This document shows positions 25,401-37,620 of a DNA stretch of 64,000 bases, piece by piece. Under the pieces are notes generated by a model. That model searched no databases, was not told where the DNA came from, and saw only the letters and a list, made by a program, of their open reading frames with translations. This stretch comes from Tubulanus polymorphus (Eukaryota > Animalia > Nemertea). The DNA lies in contig NC_134025.1 of NCBI RefSeq assembly GCF_964204645.1, forward strand, positions 5,456,001 through 5,520,000, written 5' to 3'. A program made the position numbers and the translations under genes. How positions within the stretch are numbered: the first letter of the stretch is position 1; the number at the start of each line of letters is the position of its first letter.

Positions 25401-28400
25401 AATCCGTGCTTCTCTTTCCAGTATATTTATTAGTGTAAAACCGCAATGTCATTAATATTCGTCTCATGAAAAGTCTATCTCCGAGAATTAATGTTATTTG
25501 TCCATGAGATTCCCTCGGAAGATATTTACAATACGGGGATTAGGTGAAAATTTGATAAAATAAAATGATCTATTTGTGATGATGTTGGGCATTCCGTTAC
25601 GTCAGCGGTGTTGATGGGATGTTATAGAAGCTGCACGAAACGCTTCGGTATTAATTACTGGGGGTCGGTCGTTTTAATCTAGTTCTAATCAGCCCGATCA
25701 AGCGGTTGTGTTTTGGGTGCAAATATCGTTTATTATAGAGCTTTGTGCTTTACTGCGATATCGGCAGACATTCCGGCCGCTGCGCACCTGTCATCGGCGG
25801 CCATTTTAGATCAATGCGCGCACGGATCCCGCCGCACGAAAATGAGTTGCACTTTGTCTTAATGTAATTCGCTTGTCGTCGCGCTTACAGAATTTATACG
25901 TTAATTGCATGTCCGAAGAATGCTTTTGTATTCACTGTGCGATATTGATATTGATGTTCATTGCTCCTTGGAGACGATCGTCCATGATTTTACAACGAAT
26001 TAACACCGAGCGAAAATCGTTTAATCAGTTCGATGATTAAATGCTGTCGCAGCCGATAGTCGGATTTGCGAGACATTCTAACTAAATTACCGCCAATTGC
26101 TGCATTTTTTAGGCTTCAAATCTAATTCCTGGCTATCCTTCTTGTTTGCCGAAGCCAATGTAAACGTCGCTTGTGCGCTGTCTGACTTTTGAAGTAATCT
26201 TTTGGGCGTAAAATTACATAAAACTGCCTTCGGTTCTCTCGTAAACTTACCTAGCCAACTAACAAAAACGCCGCCGAAAGGTGTACGTATACACCTTTCT
26301 ATGAATGAACTTGACAGCAAAAGAGAATATTCTATGTCTTCATATGAAACTTTTGTCGCGTATTTTTGACTATGCGGTCGGTGTGAATAGTGTTATTTCT
26401 TTAACAACCGGAAGAAGTCGGTAAAACATTCGCGTTCAACAATTGTATTACAAACTTTAAGACAAATTGCATGATTTATGTCGACAAATTGCCGCGAGAC
26501 TCTTAAATGAATTTGACGAGACAATTACCTATAGATTATAGAAAAGGTCCCGCAAGTATGGCACCTTTTTGCCCGTAAAATCTGACGGGAGCAATAATCG
26601 GTTTCATTTGCATTCATATTAAGGAACCGACCGCGCAGTCAACCGTTGAGTGTACGTGTCCAGCTCAAAGGATCGGAGCTGAGTTTCATTAGGCGAAGTC
26701 GCCATTTATCCCGATTTTTCTTTATCAACTCTATACGAGAAGGAAAAAGCGTAGGAAGCGAATAGAAATAAAATTTTACCTCATTCGAGACGCGTATATT
26801 ATAGACCATCCTGATAGTGTCGCCATGTTGTCCGTGTTTCTTGGTATTTTTCACATTGTCACGGATCTGTTTCACACTGACTCGCTTTCAGCAGAAATAT
26901 CCCTACACTATATTTTCCACCATTTTTTTCTCGAAGAATAAAAGGGTAAACGAATACACTGTCTGCTTGCATTCTTTCCGGAGAAAATGGAGAATGCGCT
27001 GCCGGCGTACGCTGATAGCTTGAGCAAACTTTTCTCTCGACTCTGGCCAGTCATAGCTCAGATTTTTATTTGAATTCGTTCGTGTTGACTTTGGAAAATA
27101 AAATACACTATTGCCGGTATATTCCCTCTCTACTCGAGATAATATTGATCACTATGATGTATGGCACATATAGCAGATGGGTGATGATGACATCCATACA
27201 GATTCATATATTTTCGAATGCTGCAAATTTAATATCGACGCTTTGGTCGAGTGCTTCCTCTGATGAGGGTATAAAAGAACGACAAAATACTCATTTAAGA
27301 CGAAGGCAGTTACGCTGGATGAAATGTATTCTTTGATCAATGTTTTCATATTGATATGTTAGATATCTTTTCTCATCCTATTAGCAAAATAATATATTCT
27401 ATGGCCAAGTGTTTAGAAGCAGTCAATCTTATTCGATCAAGAATTAAGTATTTCTTCGCATCCACGTATTTTTCACTTTATGATACAGATATGAGGCGTA
27501 ATTAGTTTAAATATATATGTATTCATTGCCACCAGCGGAATTTTTATCACGATCGCAATAATCCTTTAGGGAATCAGATATTAAAAGGAACATTAATCCA
27601 TATCTCAAAGGCGTCCATGGAAACTTTCATAACTTCGAATCCTTTTCCGATTTATCGCGAGAACAAAGTGTCACAATGGATGGTCTGGTGGGTCTATTGT
27701 CAACGCTTCATTGTTATTGTACCGCTCGAGGCTGGATACTTACGTTTTATTATGGCGAGCGACTGATTTCCAGTGCCGATACTCGATGCTCGGGGCCCGT
27801 TCTTTAGAAACCGCGGATCAGCGCCAATCGCCAGCTCCAGAGACGAAGACGCCGGAAATGTGTTCCTTTAGGGTGTTCAAGGGCCTGTACTAGTTGCGAC
27901 AAAGGTGATTCGTGGAGGGAGGCGATAACAGATTATCAGCTATTTAGGGCCACTTGACAGCGTGCCACGCTGCATCCACACCCCATATGTTCACCTGAAG
28001 TCAGCGCCCAAGTGAGCCACTTCAATTTACCAAATGCGTTGGTCTTTCCATATGGAACTCATAGCCAAATTGCGGTAAATTTAACAAAAGAAAATTATTA
28101 AGGTCATTTTGTGTGTAATGGGTAAGAAGGCAAAAATAGACGCACACCTTCCTGACACCACAAACCCGGCAAAGTAATCAATGTATATTTCTGAACATTG
28201 CTTCCGTCTAAATGATCTTTCTAGTTAACGTATTTCTATTCTTTAATTTGTTCATGTTTTATATTACTAGTCAATAATTATTATGGACGAAAGATTCATC
28301 CACGGAACGAATATTCGTTCTATATTACTCTTGCGATCAAACGCATCGACGACAAAATATTATGGATTGGTTTTTCGATTTATTTGATAATCTCGACGAG

Positions 28401-31400
28401 CGGCGCGAAGAGTATACGATGTTCCGTGCATGAGACTCGAATCATCATCGCCCAAAGCATCTGAGGAACACTTCGAAGCATAATGAATTTCACGGTGCTG
28501 CAAAGCGATTCACTGGCAGCTGATAAAATACGACATTTATTACAGTCTTGCTTTCCTTGTTACATGACGAGTTCCTTTCATGGCATTTGGCTTCATTTGT
28601 CAGAGGAGACAATAACTGTACGCTGCAATTGAGAGACCTCGGGGTCGATCGACAGTTTATGAGGTGTTTAGCTTATTTGATGAGAAATTGAGTACCTTTA
28701 TGAGGCGCGTTGTCTTCATTTGTGAAGGTGCGGTACATCTCAATTTCTGCTCGTTGTGTCTCCACGAAAAAAAAACGTCTTAAACATATATATTATCACA
28801 AACCAAAGAAGACGATGTAATTATAACAAAGTGCAATATTATTCCTTCTCTAACTTATTGTCTTTATTTCTAATTGTCACGTACTTCACGATACAATCAT
28901 TTTGTGTATTAAATAGCAGTGGCCATTATAGTTTAGTATATGTCCATCATGCTCGAACGTAAAATTGACCATTAATCTAATAGGTGGGATGCAGGTTCAT
29001 TGAAATTCATCTTATTAATCAAAGATCAGTTGCGGTAGTGGCATTTTACGATTTTTCTTGTGAATAGAATGACATGGTCAAGCTGACCATTAGCTAAGGA
29101 TAATCCGACGCAGGACGTAGGTTACTGTTTGCCAGCGTTTCGTATAAGCCCCATTTTACAGGACAGAAATAAATCGCCGTAATGGATAAACATGTCGCTT
29201 GATGGTTTTACTAACACGTTTACGACTTGGATAATATAAAAGTAAACGGGCCTATTTTTTTCGGCCGTTACCCGTGGACAGTAAGCCAACTAAACGAGCA
29301 AAATATGGAAACGAGCCGCTAGGTTTTACGCTGCTACCTGCCCATGGCAACAACTGAGTTTTGAGGATTATGAGCTAAGCTTATGTGCAAACTCAAGAAA
29401 CAGTCGAATATGCGCCACCTACACAGACGCATCTTGTAATATGTCATGTTCTTGCTCTTCCTGCTTGATTTTCGTATGAAATTACATCGGCACGCCATTG
29501 TTACGCACTACTATATTTAAACGATCCATCTTTCTATATCATACCGATTGTCTGTTATATAAAGATAGCCAAAGTCTCACCGCACTAATCGATGTACAGC
29601 TGCCTGGAATTCGATAACCATTAGAATTTGTTTTTACGAAAAGATGCGTTCTTTGCGCGGGAAGCCTGTAAAAAGGCGGCTTCACGCCTACAACTGTTCA
29701 ATCGAAGCCAGCAAGAAACCACAACTATACCAGTAACAGATGCACGATATTGGAATTATTCATCGCCTCGATTTTTTATTGCGGGTTATTAATATCATCC
29801 CTGTGTTTAAAGTGGTTAGGAGACTCAATTAAGAACGGCACCAGCGCGATATACGCACGCCGAATCAGTGTCACAGATTGTCAGAAAATTATGACACATG
29901 ATTTTGCATAATGAAATTCGTGGTTTTCATGAACCAGGGAATGTATTTTTTTTCAAATTTTGCGTTAATTTGACATTCTCACACTTGATTAGTGCGGGCA
30001 GATAGGCAGTACGCGCGATGAGTACAATACGGGTTCAACTAAACACGATAAACAATGCACGGCACCGCTAAGACAGGCTGGTGCATTTTGTTAACATGAA
30101 CTGGAACCGAAATTTTCAATTGTGTATTTCGATTTCAACAAAAATGTATGTAAATTTTGTCCTTCGAATTCCGATTTCAAAGCCCATATCTTGTTCCCGG
30201 CAGGTGTTTGTGACTGTAGGGGAAACGATGAATAAATACGAGATTATGACAGGTAGGTTATGATGAGGATGATAATGAACTTGTGTGACACATGTGAAAC
30301 CGACGAGTCTTTTGTCCTACCAAATAGTATAAATGAGTGACCTCTTATCAAACTACTCCCTTCCCAAAAAACAACGATATAACCTCACAAGCGGCGTCAT
30401 GGAACGACAGTCAAGTCCGTGTAATTATCATACATCGATTTATCTGTCGTTTGGAATGCGATCGGATAAAAGCTCAACCCAGTGAAGTGAAGTATGTATC
30501 GACATCATGCTGCAGGTGGACCACTTGGGCACGGTTTTATTACTATATAGACGCGTGTATGATATGAACGCATCGTGATTATATCAAGACACACGATGAT
30601 CAAACTTTAAATAGTTTCACTGGGCGGTTTATCTTGAATTCTGGGTTTTTAGGCAATCCTTATTCCATGTGCGATGGGTCGAACTGACAGAAATTATTTG
30701 TTCATTTCTTAAATGAATTGTAAACATTTTTCTAACCACTGCTGGCCCTTTGTTTGATATTCTCCTTGACTTGTCCTACGATGTCATCGAAAAAGGTCGA
30801 TCAAGATTAGAAACTATATTTTTGTTTAAGTTTTGGCCCAGTAGTCTGACACTCAAAAAGTGAACTATAGCCAATGCTATGATCATTGCTTTTTGAAGCG
30901 TGCGTCAGGGATGCTATCAGAAAAAGCTTTTGATAGTACCCATATAGAGTGACATCTGAAAAACAAAAACCCTTGGAAAATGATATGCAAAAAGACGTAC
31001 GGCTAATGGATGACAGTTTTTGAAGTTATTATAAACGGAGATACGTCACAGCTGTCAGTTCTTTTATAATATTGTCCAAGGACATCGAAATGGCATGAAA
31101 AGCAAAAAGAATGCCTTTCAAAGTGTGATTTCGAGCTGCCAGTCACAGCATTCTGACAGTTCGAGTTAACCACAGTGCTCTATAGAGCAAGTATGGGTCT
31201 TCTGCACGAAAAACGTGACAATTCGTCAATAACAACAATAAACACAAAATAATTGAGAGGCTCAGAATTAGCAGAACACAATAAATAAACACGTATACCT
31301 TTATGCAGGTTGATACCGTGCACTGGGATGAACTATAGAGGCGAATTATTATTATACAATACGTTCTATTCGGGTGTACGTTGCTTTGATATCCTGAACC

Positions 31401-32010
31401 CAGACTACGATACATATGTCAGATATCGTTGAATATAGTGTTATGCCTGTATTTTTAATCAAGTCAGAATTGTTGTATGTCTGTATGTGTTTGTGATGCG
31501 TCTCGACGTGTGATGAGATCATCTATTTCAGATCGACACATTCCACGGCGACGGCGAGCGCGAGAGAGTGTCGCGGATTCGCCCGAAGATGATTTTCAGC
31601 GTATGAGAGGAATTTTGGCGTGAGAAATCGGCTTTCAACCTTGCAAAATCTCTGATTATTAGTATTTAAGCCTGCAGCGATATTTGACAGGAGGCGACGA
31701 TATCTGTAACACAGCAGACAAAGCAATATCGTTTTAAGCGCTTCTTACCTTGTCTTGCTGCAGTGCGCTTCGTCGCGATGTGAAACATGAATCTGAAATG
31801 CTTTATAGCTTCATTTGATTTCTCGTTCATTTTTCTGTTCTGATAATTTGTCAAAGTCCATAACCTTTGACCATAAAAAGGGGGCAACGAACTTCATTTG
31901 TTCCTCTAGATTATGAATACTGAAATGCTAAAGAAACTCGTAATTGTAATTCGCTAGATATTCCAGATCAATCGTCCAGTGTCCGTAGAATACAACATCG
32001 CATGGTATTA

Positions 32011-32071
32011 GTCTATCCATGGACGTATAAACTAGTTTATACGTCCATGGACTCGAGAGTCCATGGTCTAT
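32011..32071. mobile_element. Miniature CCATGG-bounded palindromic insertion(s) flanked by a 6-bp direct repeat GTCTAT
   Basis: A perfect 36-bp palindrome (32016-32051) overlaps a second hairpin ccatggactc-ga-gagtccatgg (32045-32066); gtctat occurs at 32011-32016 and 32066-32071. Confidence 0.65.
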
Positions 32072-32584
32072 CGTATTCAATAACCCCGCGTTTGTGAATT
32101 GGAAGCGTTTTTCTATATTTTGCTAGTACTACATGGTATTTCAGCGCACGTTAATTACCTAGGAAAACGGCGCTTAATTATTAGCTGCCAGCGTTCAATA
32201 GTTTAAGCATAGATGCGATTACCACTTTGTCATTTGATAATAATTATTGCAACCGACATAGAAGTGCAAAAGATGTCAAGAGTACCACCACGGAGCCGGG
32301 CATCTGTTCCCTATACAATACGCACATACAAATACATACATAATATGCGGTGACAATAAGTATTTTCATTGTGTACGATTGAAAAAATGTGGTAATCAAA
32401 TCCGCAAGTGAAAGTGTTCTGACTGAAATACAACGAAAACAAAACAACCTGTTCATTACACATGCAAGTCGTATAAAGTTGAATAAGATTTTCATCTCCA
32501 CAAGGACAAAGTTTATTTCTGCATACCGACTATTTTTGATAGATTTCTTACAAATAATCTTGAAATGGTAACGAAAACCGCCAT

Positions 32585-32615
32585 ATCAGACCATGGACTC
32601 TAGAATCCGATCAGA
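32585..32615. mobile_element. Degenerate copy of the CCATGGACTC mini-element with a 6-bp direct repeat ATCAGA
   Basis: atcaga-ccatggactctagaatccg-atcaga. Confidence 0.5.
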
Positions 32616-35600
32616 CAGACAGAAGTACTTCGATATTTTTTTTTCATCTGAAGCCGTATAAAAAGATGATATAACGTTATTATTGCCAGATCTTGTAGTA
32701 GTAGAAGAGGGAAACTGGTCGCATCGACGAGTGATTAATAAGGAAAATAGCACAAAATCGTTGTTGGTGTCCCATCGACCTATCTTCGCGCTTGGTTGAA
32801 ATGAGTTCGTATCTCTCTATCAATGAAGTATCTGATCGATGAAAACGTACTCGCTCAAATTGGCTCTCACCCGTCCGATGGTGCTGACGTTTTCTTTTTG
32901 ATATCCCGCGACCTCCAGTCCGTCGCTTATTTTTATCGCAGGTAGAAAATAATGTAAATATCGATAAGAAAAATGCATTCTAACGAGAAACTACAAACTA
33001 TTGTTGAACACATTTATTGCCTATGCACTGTGGATAATTATGTAGAAGGAAATGATATATTGCGGCGTATTTTTTATTTTGAAAGATTCTTTGTAACATC
33101 AACATATCTCATATACATTGCATTTGTTGTGTTTGCATTTCATCAAATAGATTTTCACTTGAAGTTTAAGGTTATCCTGGTGAAAACGAATATAAATTTC
33201 ACGATATTCATTATATTAGAGAACTATTTCGCTGTATTGGAATCATTCGGTTCTATCAGTTTGTCGTTTTTCAAATGATGTTGTTAAAGACGTGGTTTTC
33301 TAGCAATTCCCAATTGTATACATATATCGAAATGGATATCAACTTCATTCAGAAACTTCTGAGATCCTCGAAACGAAACGTTAATTCTTTTATAATCGCA
33401 TTATGAAATCGTTATGAAAACCTTGGTAATTGATCAAAGCAAAGTTTCTACAGGATGAATAAGGTTCCATTAGTGACCATTACGGCTAACAAAACAACTA
33501 CTCCAAGCGAGAAGCATCGTTTACGAAACGTGTAAAAAATACTTCCGAGCCTTGGGGGTGTGGTTCTTGAAATTTGGCGAGATCAAACCAACCGCCACTT
33601 GTCGATATAGTAATGTTGCTATGATGATAATGATGGGAAATTCTATACAACTGAACAATTTGCAATGAAACGAATAGACGGGCACCAAAGTACAAAAAAG
33701 TCCTCTAGAAATTAAGTTCCGTTCAACAGAGATACCATATAAGTTTTCATGTGAATTTTCTTTGCGACGAAAGGGTTAATGTTTTTGAATCAGAACAGAA
33801 ATACCTACCTCACTTTAAAAAACCAATTTGGAAATATTCCTGCATTATTTTCATAAATTGTGTCTTTATATCTTTTTATAGTTGGTAATGAAATTTTCTA
33901 TGCGCATTGAAGTAATCATATCTATAAGTTAGAATATATATCTGGATGGGGCTCAGAGGTTTCAGTAGCTTGGCTAGTCCATCATTTTGATTTTATTTTG
34001 GCTTAAATTATGTTTTGTCTTTTTGTGCAATACTTTCGCTGGTGGAGAAAATGAGATAGAAACTGACGGTTTTGTTGTTGTACGCACGTGTAGGTTATAA
34101 TATTAGAGTCGGAAAAGTAGTTGAATGAAGTGAAGAGCGAATCTGTTTCTGTCGTCAATATCACTTGACACGAAAACTTCGACGTATATATTTTAGTCAT
34201 AATATCTGCCAGAAACTCCTGACATACTTCCGATCATGAAATAATTCGTAGTTTCTTCCCGGTCATTTACTATACGCAGGTGTGATTTATATATACTTAA
34301 CAAATATACGTTAAATTGTCGTGTTAAACATATGATATATACATTCTGTAATTTGAATAACCGGTAGAAGAAATTTCGCTGCCGCGCGCTATACCACCAT
34401 CTGCGGAAACTTTTCTCCGGCGACTTAGTTCTGGAATCTTGATGCGAACAATGATATGCATCCATTATAGAATTATAAACTGACTAGGAAAACAGACTTG
34501 CACAGTCTCTCAAAGCATTTTGCGTTGTTCGGGATGTGATAGACTATTCAATAGCGACAAATTGAGTGGTTTGAAATCTCCATAATATTGATTACAAATT
34601 CAGCGTTCTCTCTTCAGTCCGTGTCACAGGTGTCTCCGCTGTCATCTCCTCGGTAGCTTGCTACCGTTCTAGTAGCTTAAATACATATATTTGTGAATAT
34701 TCAATTCTTAGCAACGAAATGGAAATTTGATTCGCTCACTTAAACTATATTTTACCAGTATTTTGCCCAATTTTTAGGAGAAATGCATATGGATTTAATT
34801 CATTGTTCCATCAGGAAAGGTATTTCCTAGAACTAGACCGATGGAAATCCGAACCAATGGATTTATACTGATAAAATATGTACAAGCGCCCGAAAGGAAA
34901 ACCAAATTAAACCGCCTCAAAATAAACATCGCTCAAATAAGAAATTTACGAAGATGCAAGTTTAATATATTTCATATAGAAACCAAAGTATTTAATCGTT
35001 TTATATTAAAGAATAGAGTAAGTGTTCGATACAGAGTTTTGTCTAATTTGATTGTAACACAAAGAAGAGGTTCCACTTTTTTTCCGATGATATATAAATG
35101 CAGAAGTATATGGGATTTTGCCGTAAGAAAATCGTATCTCTTCGTCTCTCTCTCTGATCAACGAGAAATACCGAACCTGTAGGATAACGATTAAATTTAA
35201 GTTGTAATAGTTTTCCGATAATCTCGTATTCGAAGTGAATTAAATAGTGTTATATACCTGTGTATGAAAACTGATAGTGGTTCGGTATTTCTATTTAGCA
35301 GCTGGCATTTTCCCTTCGTATACAAAAACCGTTCGAATACATTTACCATTCGACTAATACAAAAACTAATATTTTCAATCATAATAATAATACGTATTAT
35401 TATCATCATTAAAATCATCATTATATTTAATTTAGTAAATATTTATATTAATCAATTAATTACGAATCTGGTGATTTCTTTTACGTGTAGCTTAACTATA
35501 TGTATGTACAACCTTTGGAAATATTCGACTAGAGGTCCCTACAGACAGATGACCGGGCGCAGGGCGGGAATTTCTACGGCCATTACGTGGCCATTTTCTC

Positions 35601-35933
35601 CTACATAGAGAACTAGATCTTGTAGTAAAGAAGCTAAAAGGTTTGGTTCTACAATTTGTACAAAATAAGTTACAAGCAAAATAAATGTCTCTGATTTATA
35701 TGTATATATAGATATATTCGACTCCGGGTCTTCTGACTCTCTGTACATATTTGATATATTTATATATATATAATGAATGAATGAATGTATATATAGGAAC
35801 AATATACATACCAATGAAAAGGTACGGGCTCATTTTCGGTCTGAGCTCCACACACACGCACACGTAAACTAAGATCCACATTAATACTCCATTTGGTTTA
35901 AATATTCGAACTAAAGTTTTTTAATCGTTAATG

Positions 35934-37274
35934 TTATAAACTTGCTGTAACAGCGGACGAGTGAGGTACGTGGTAACCTTTATAATAGTCTGTCATGCTA
36001 ACTTGGTTGTGGTCTTTGACACCGCCTCCGTGGTGGACCGGAGTAAGTTGGTTATAGTTCCCGTAACTTGCTTGCAAAGATTCGTACATTTTTAGATCCA
36101 TTTTGCTTTCGGCGGATGACATGAGATTTGTGATGGAGAACGGATGGTTGAATTGATTCAGTTGTCCGTGATGGTGGGGATGATGCGGATGACCCATGAG
36201 GCCCGATGTGTCATGAGTGAGGGATCTCAGGTCCGGATGGTGATGTTGGAGTTGTTGGGGCTGCTGCTGCTGTTGCTGCTGCTGTTGCTGTTGTTGATGT
36301 TGTTGTTGATTCACCGACGGCTGATGATGGTCCATTCGGTCCATTCGATCCATTCGGTCCATTCGGTCCATGGGATGATTTTGATGATGAAGATGATGAT
36401 GGTGAGGAGGTGTTGTGTTGTGATCATGGTTATTGTTCAACGGTTCTGGCTTGACCCCTGAGATACTTTGCGGCGAAGTAACGGATTCACACGGACTGAG
36501 CGGAGGCGACGAACACGATTTGCTTCCATTCAACGATTTGTCTGAATTTTCCGAATTCTCATCACGTTGTGTCTGCCTCAGCACCTCTTTTTTCGGACAT
36601 TTGAAGCGCTTTTGTCGGCGAAGATAGCAACCGTTTTCGAACATATTTCCCGAGTCCGGATGCAAGGTCCAATAACTACCTTTTCCGGGTCGATCGGGTG
36701 TACGGGGTACTTTTACGAAACAGTCATTGAACGACAAACTATGCCTGATTGAGTTTTGCCAGCGTTGTTGATTCTGACGGTAAAACGGAAACAGGTCCAT
36801 GATGAACTGATAGATTTCGCTAAGCGTGCACATTTTATTCGGAGACTGTTGAATAGCCATGGTAATCAACGAAATATACGAATACGGCGGTTTTGCGTGA
36901 GTGTAACTTCGACGATACGTTTTCTCTCGGGCTCGGTTGATGGCTTGGGCGCGATTATAGTCCATAATTGCCGGTGACATAGCACCGTTCATCGTGTTCA
37001 TAGTTCCCATCGAAGCCATGCCGTTCATGCTACCCATAGTGTTCATATTGTTCATGCTGTTCATATTACCTGACATGGACATACCCATACCACTCATTCC
37101 AACTCCGCTTGCGCCCATGCTTCCCATACTCATAGGCTGTGGCGAATAACTCATATTGCCCATAGACATACTTCCCATGCTGCCCATGGTGCCCATAGCG
37201 TTCATCGTGGGCGATATACTCATAGAATAGCCACTGCTACACGAGGCATCGTACGGTGACTTGGTAGACAACAT
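35934..37274 (-). CDS. FOXA: Forkhead box A (FoxA/fork head/HNF3) transcription factor, 446 aa, uninterrupted coding region
   Basis: FoxA-type forkhead domain ([107 protein letters not shown]), M/G/S-rich N-terminus and EH1 motif [10 protein letters not shown]. The track start at 37331 is a GTG; the first ATG (MLSTKSPY) is at 37274. Confidence 0.98.
   Translation of the reverse strand: MLSTKSPYDASCSSGYSMSISPTMNAMGTMGSMGSMSMGNMSYSPQPMSMGSMGASGVGMSGMGMSMSGNMNSMNNMNTMGSMNGMASMGTMNTMNGAMSPAIMDYNRAQAINRAREKTYRRSYTHAKPPYSYISLITMAIQQSPNKMCTLSEIYQFIMDLFPFYRQNQQRWQNSIRHSLSFNDCFVKVPRTPDRPGKGSYWTLHPDSGNMFENGCYLRRQKRFKCPKKEVLRQTQRDENSENSDKSLNGSKSCSSPPLSPCESVTSPQSISGVKPEPLNNNHDHNTTPPHHHHLHHQNHPMDRMDRMDRMDRMDHHQPSVNQQQHQQQQQQQQQQQQPQQLQHHHPDLRSLTHDTSGLMGHPHHPHHHGQLNQFNHPFSITNLMSSAESKMDLKMYESLQASYGNYNQLTPVHHGGGVKDHNQVSMTDYYKGYHVPHSSAVTASL
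36261..36371 (-). repeat. Coding low-complexity repeats in FoxA: polyQ and a 9-bp (MDR)x4 tandem repeat
   Basis: CAG/CAA run at about 36261-36308; gtccattcg-type unit x4 plus a partial unit at 36330-36371, encoding [14 protein letters not shown]. Confidence 0.9.
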
Positions 37275-37411
37275 CTTGCTAACTCTGACCAAGTCCTGGC
37301 TGTATGAAGTGACGTTAGTATCTGTACTCACTTTTAGGTTGATCGCTCGCTGGAATTTGTGTACTCTACCAAGTGTTGAAGTAAACTATGCCTGTGGAAG
37401 GTTGACCCAAG

Positions 37412-37620
37412 GTAAATACTTCAATACCAACACTGTCAAACCACGCCTTGTGTCGTTAATACATGCAAATGTTTTATCGTCGCATTATCAATGGCTTTGA
37501 TTGGACAGAATCGTCGCCGCCCTTTTGTTAAGTTCTTCTATTCTGGTGTGTAAGCGGCTTTGCTATTGGCTTGACAAGGCGACATGGAATGGTTGACAGC
37601 GCGCGGCGGTATCGCCGGCG
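37412..37620 (-). promoter_or_regulatory. Candidate FoxA proximal promoter
   Basis: Two CCAAT boxes on the minus strand (attgg at 37500-37504 and 37565-37569), a GC-rich stretch at about 37598-37620 and a forkhead-type GTAAATA at 37412-37418, all within ~350 bp upstream of the ATG. Confidence 0.5.

Noticed and set aside
33764-33779. piggyBac-like end gcgacgaaagggttaa
   Set aside because: No partner terminus found nearby.
36144-36977. Plus-strand ORFs (poly-L/M etc.) overlapping FoxA
   Set aside because: Antisense shadows of the FoxA coding and repeat sequence.
37275-37331. 19-aa N-terminal extension of FoxA in the ORF track
   Set aside because: It starts at GTG; the eukaryotic start is more plausibly the ATG at 37274, which gives the typical MLS.K N-terminus.
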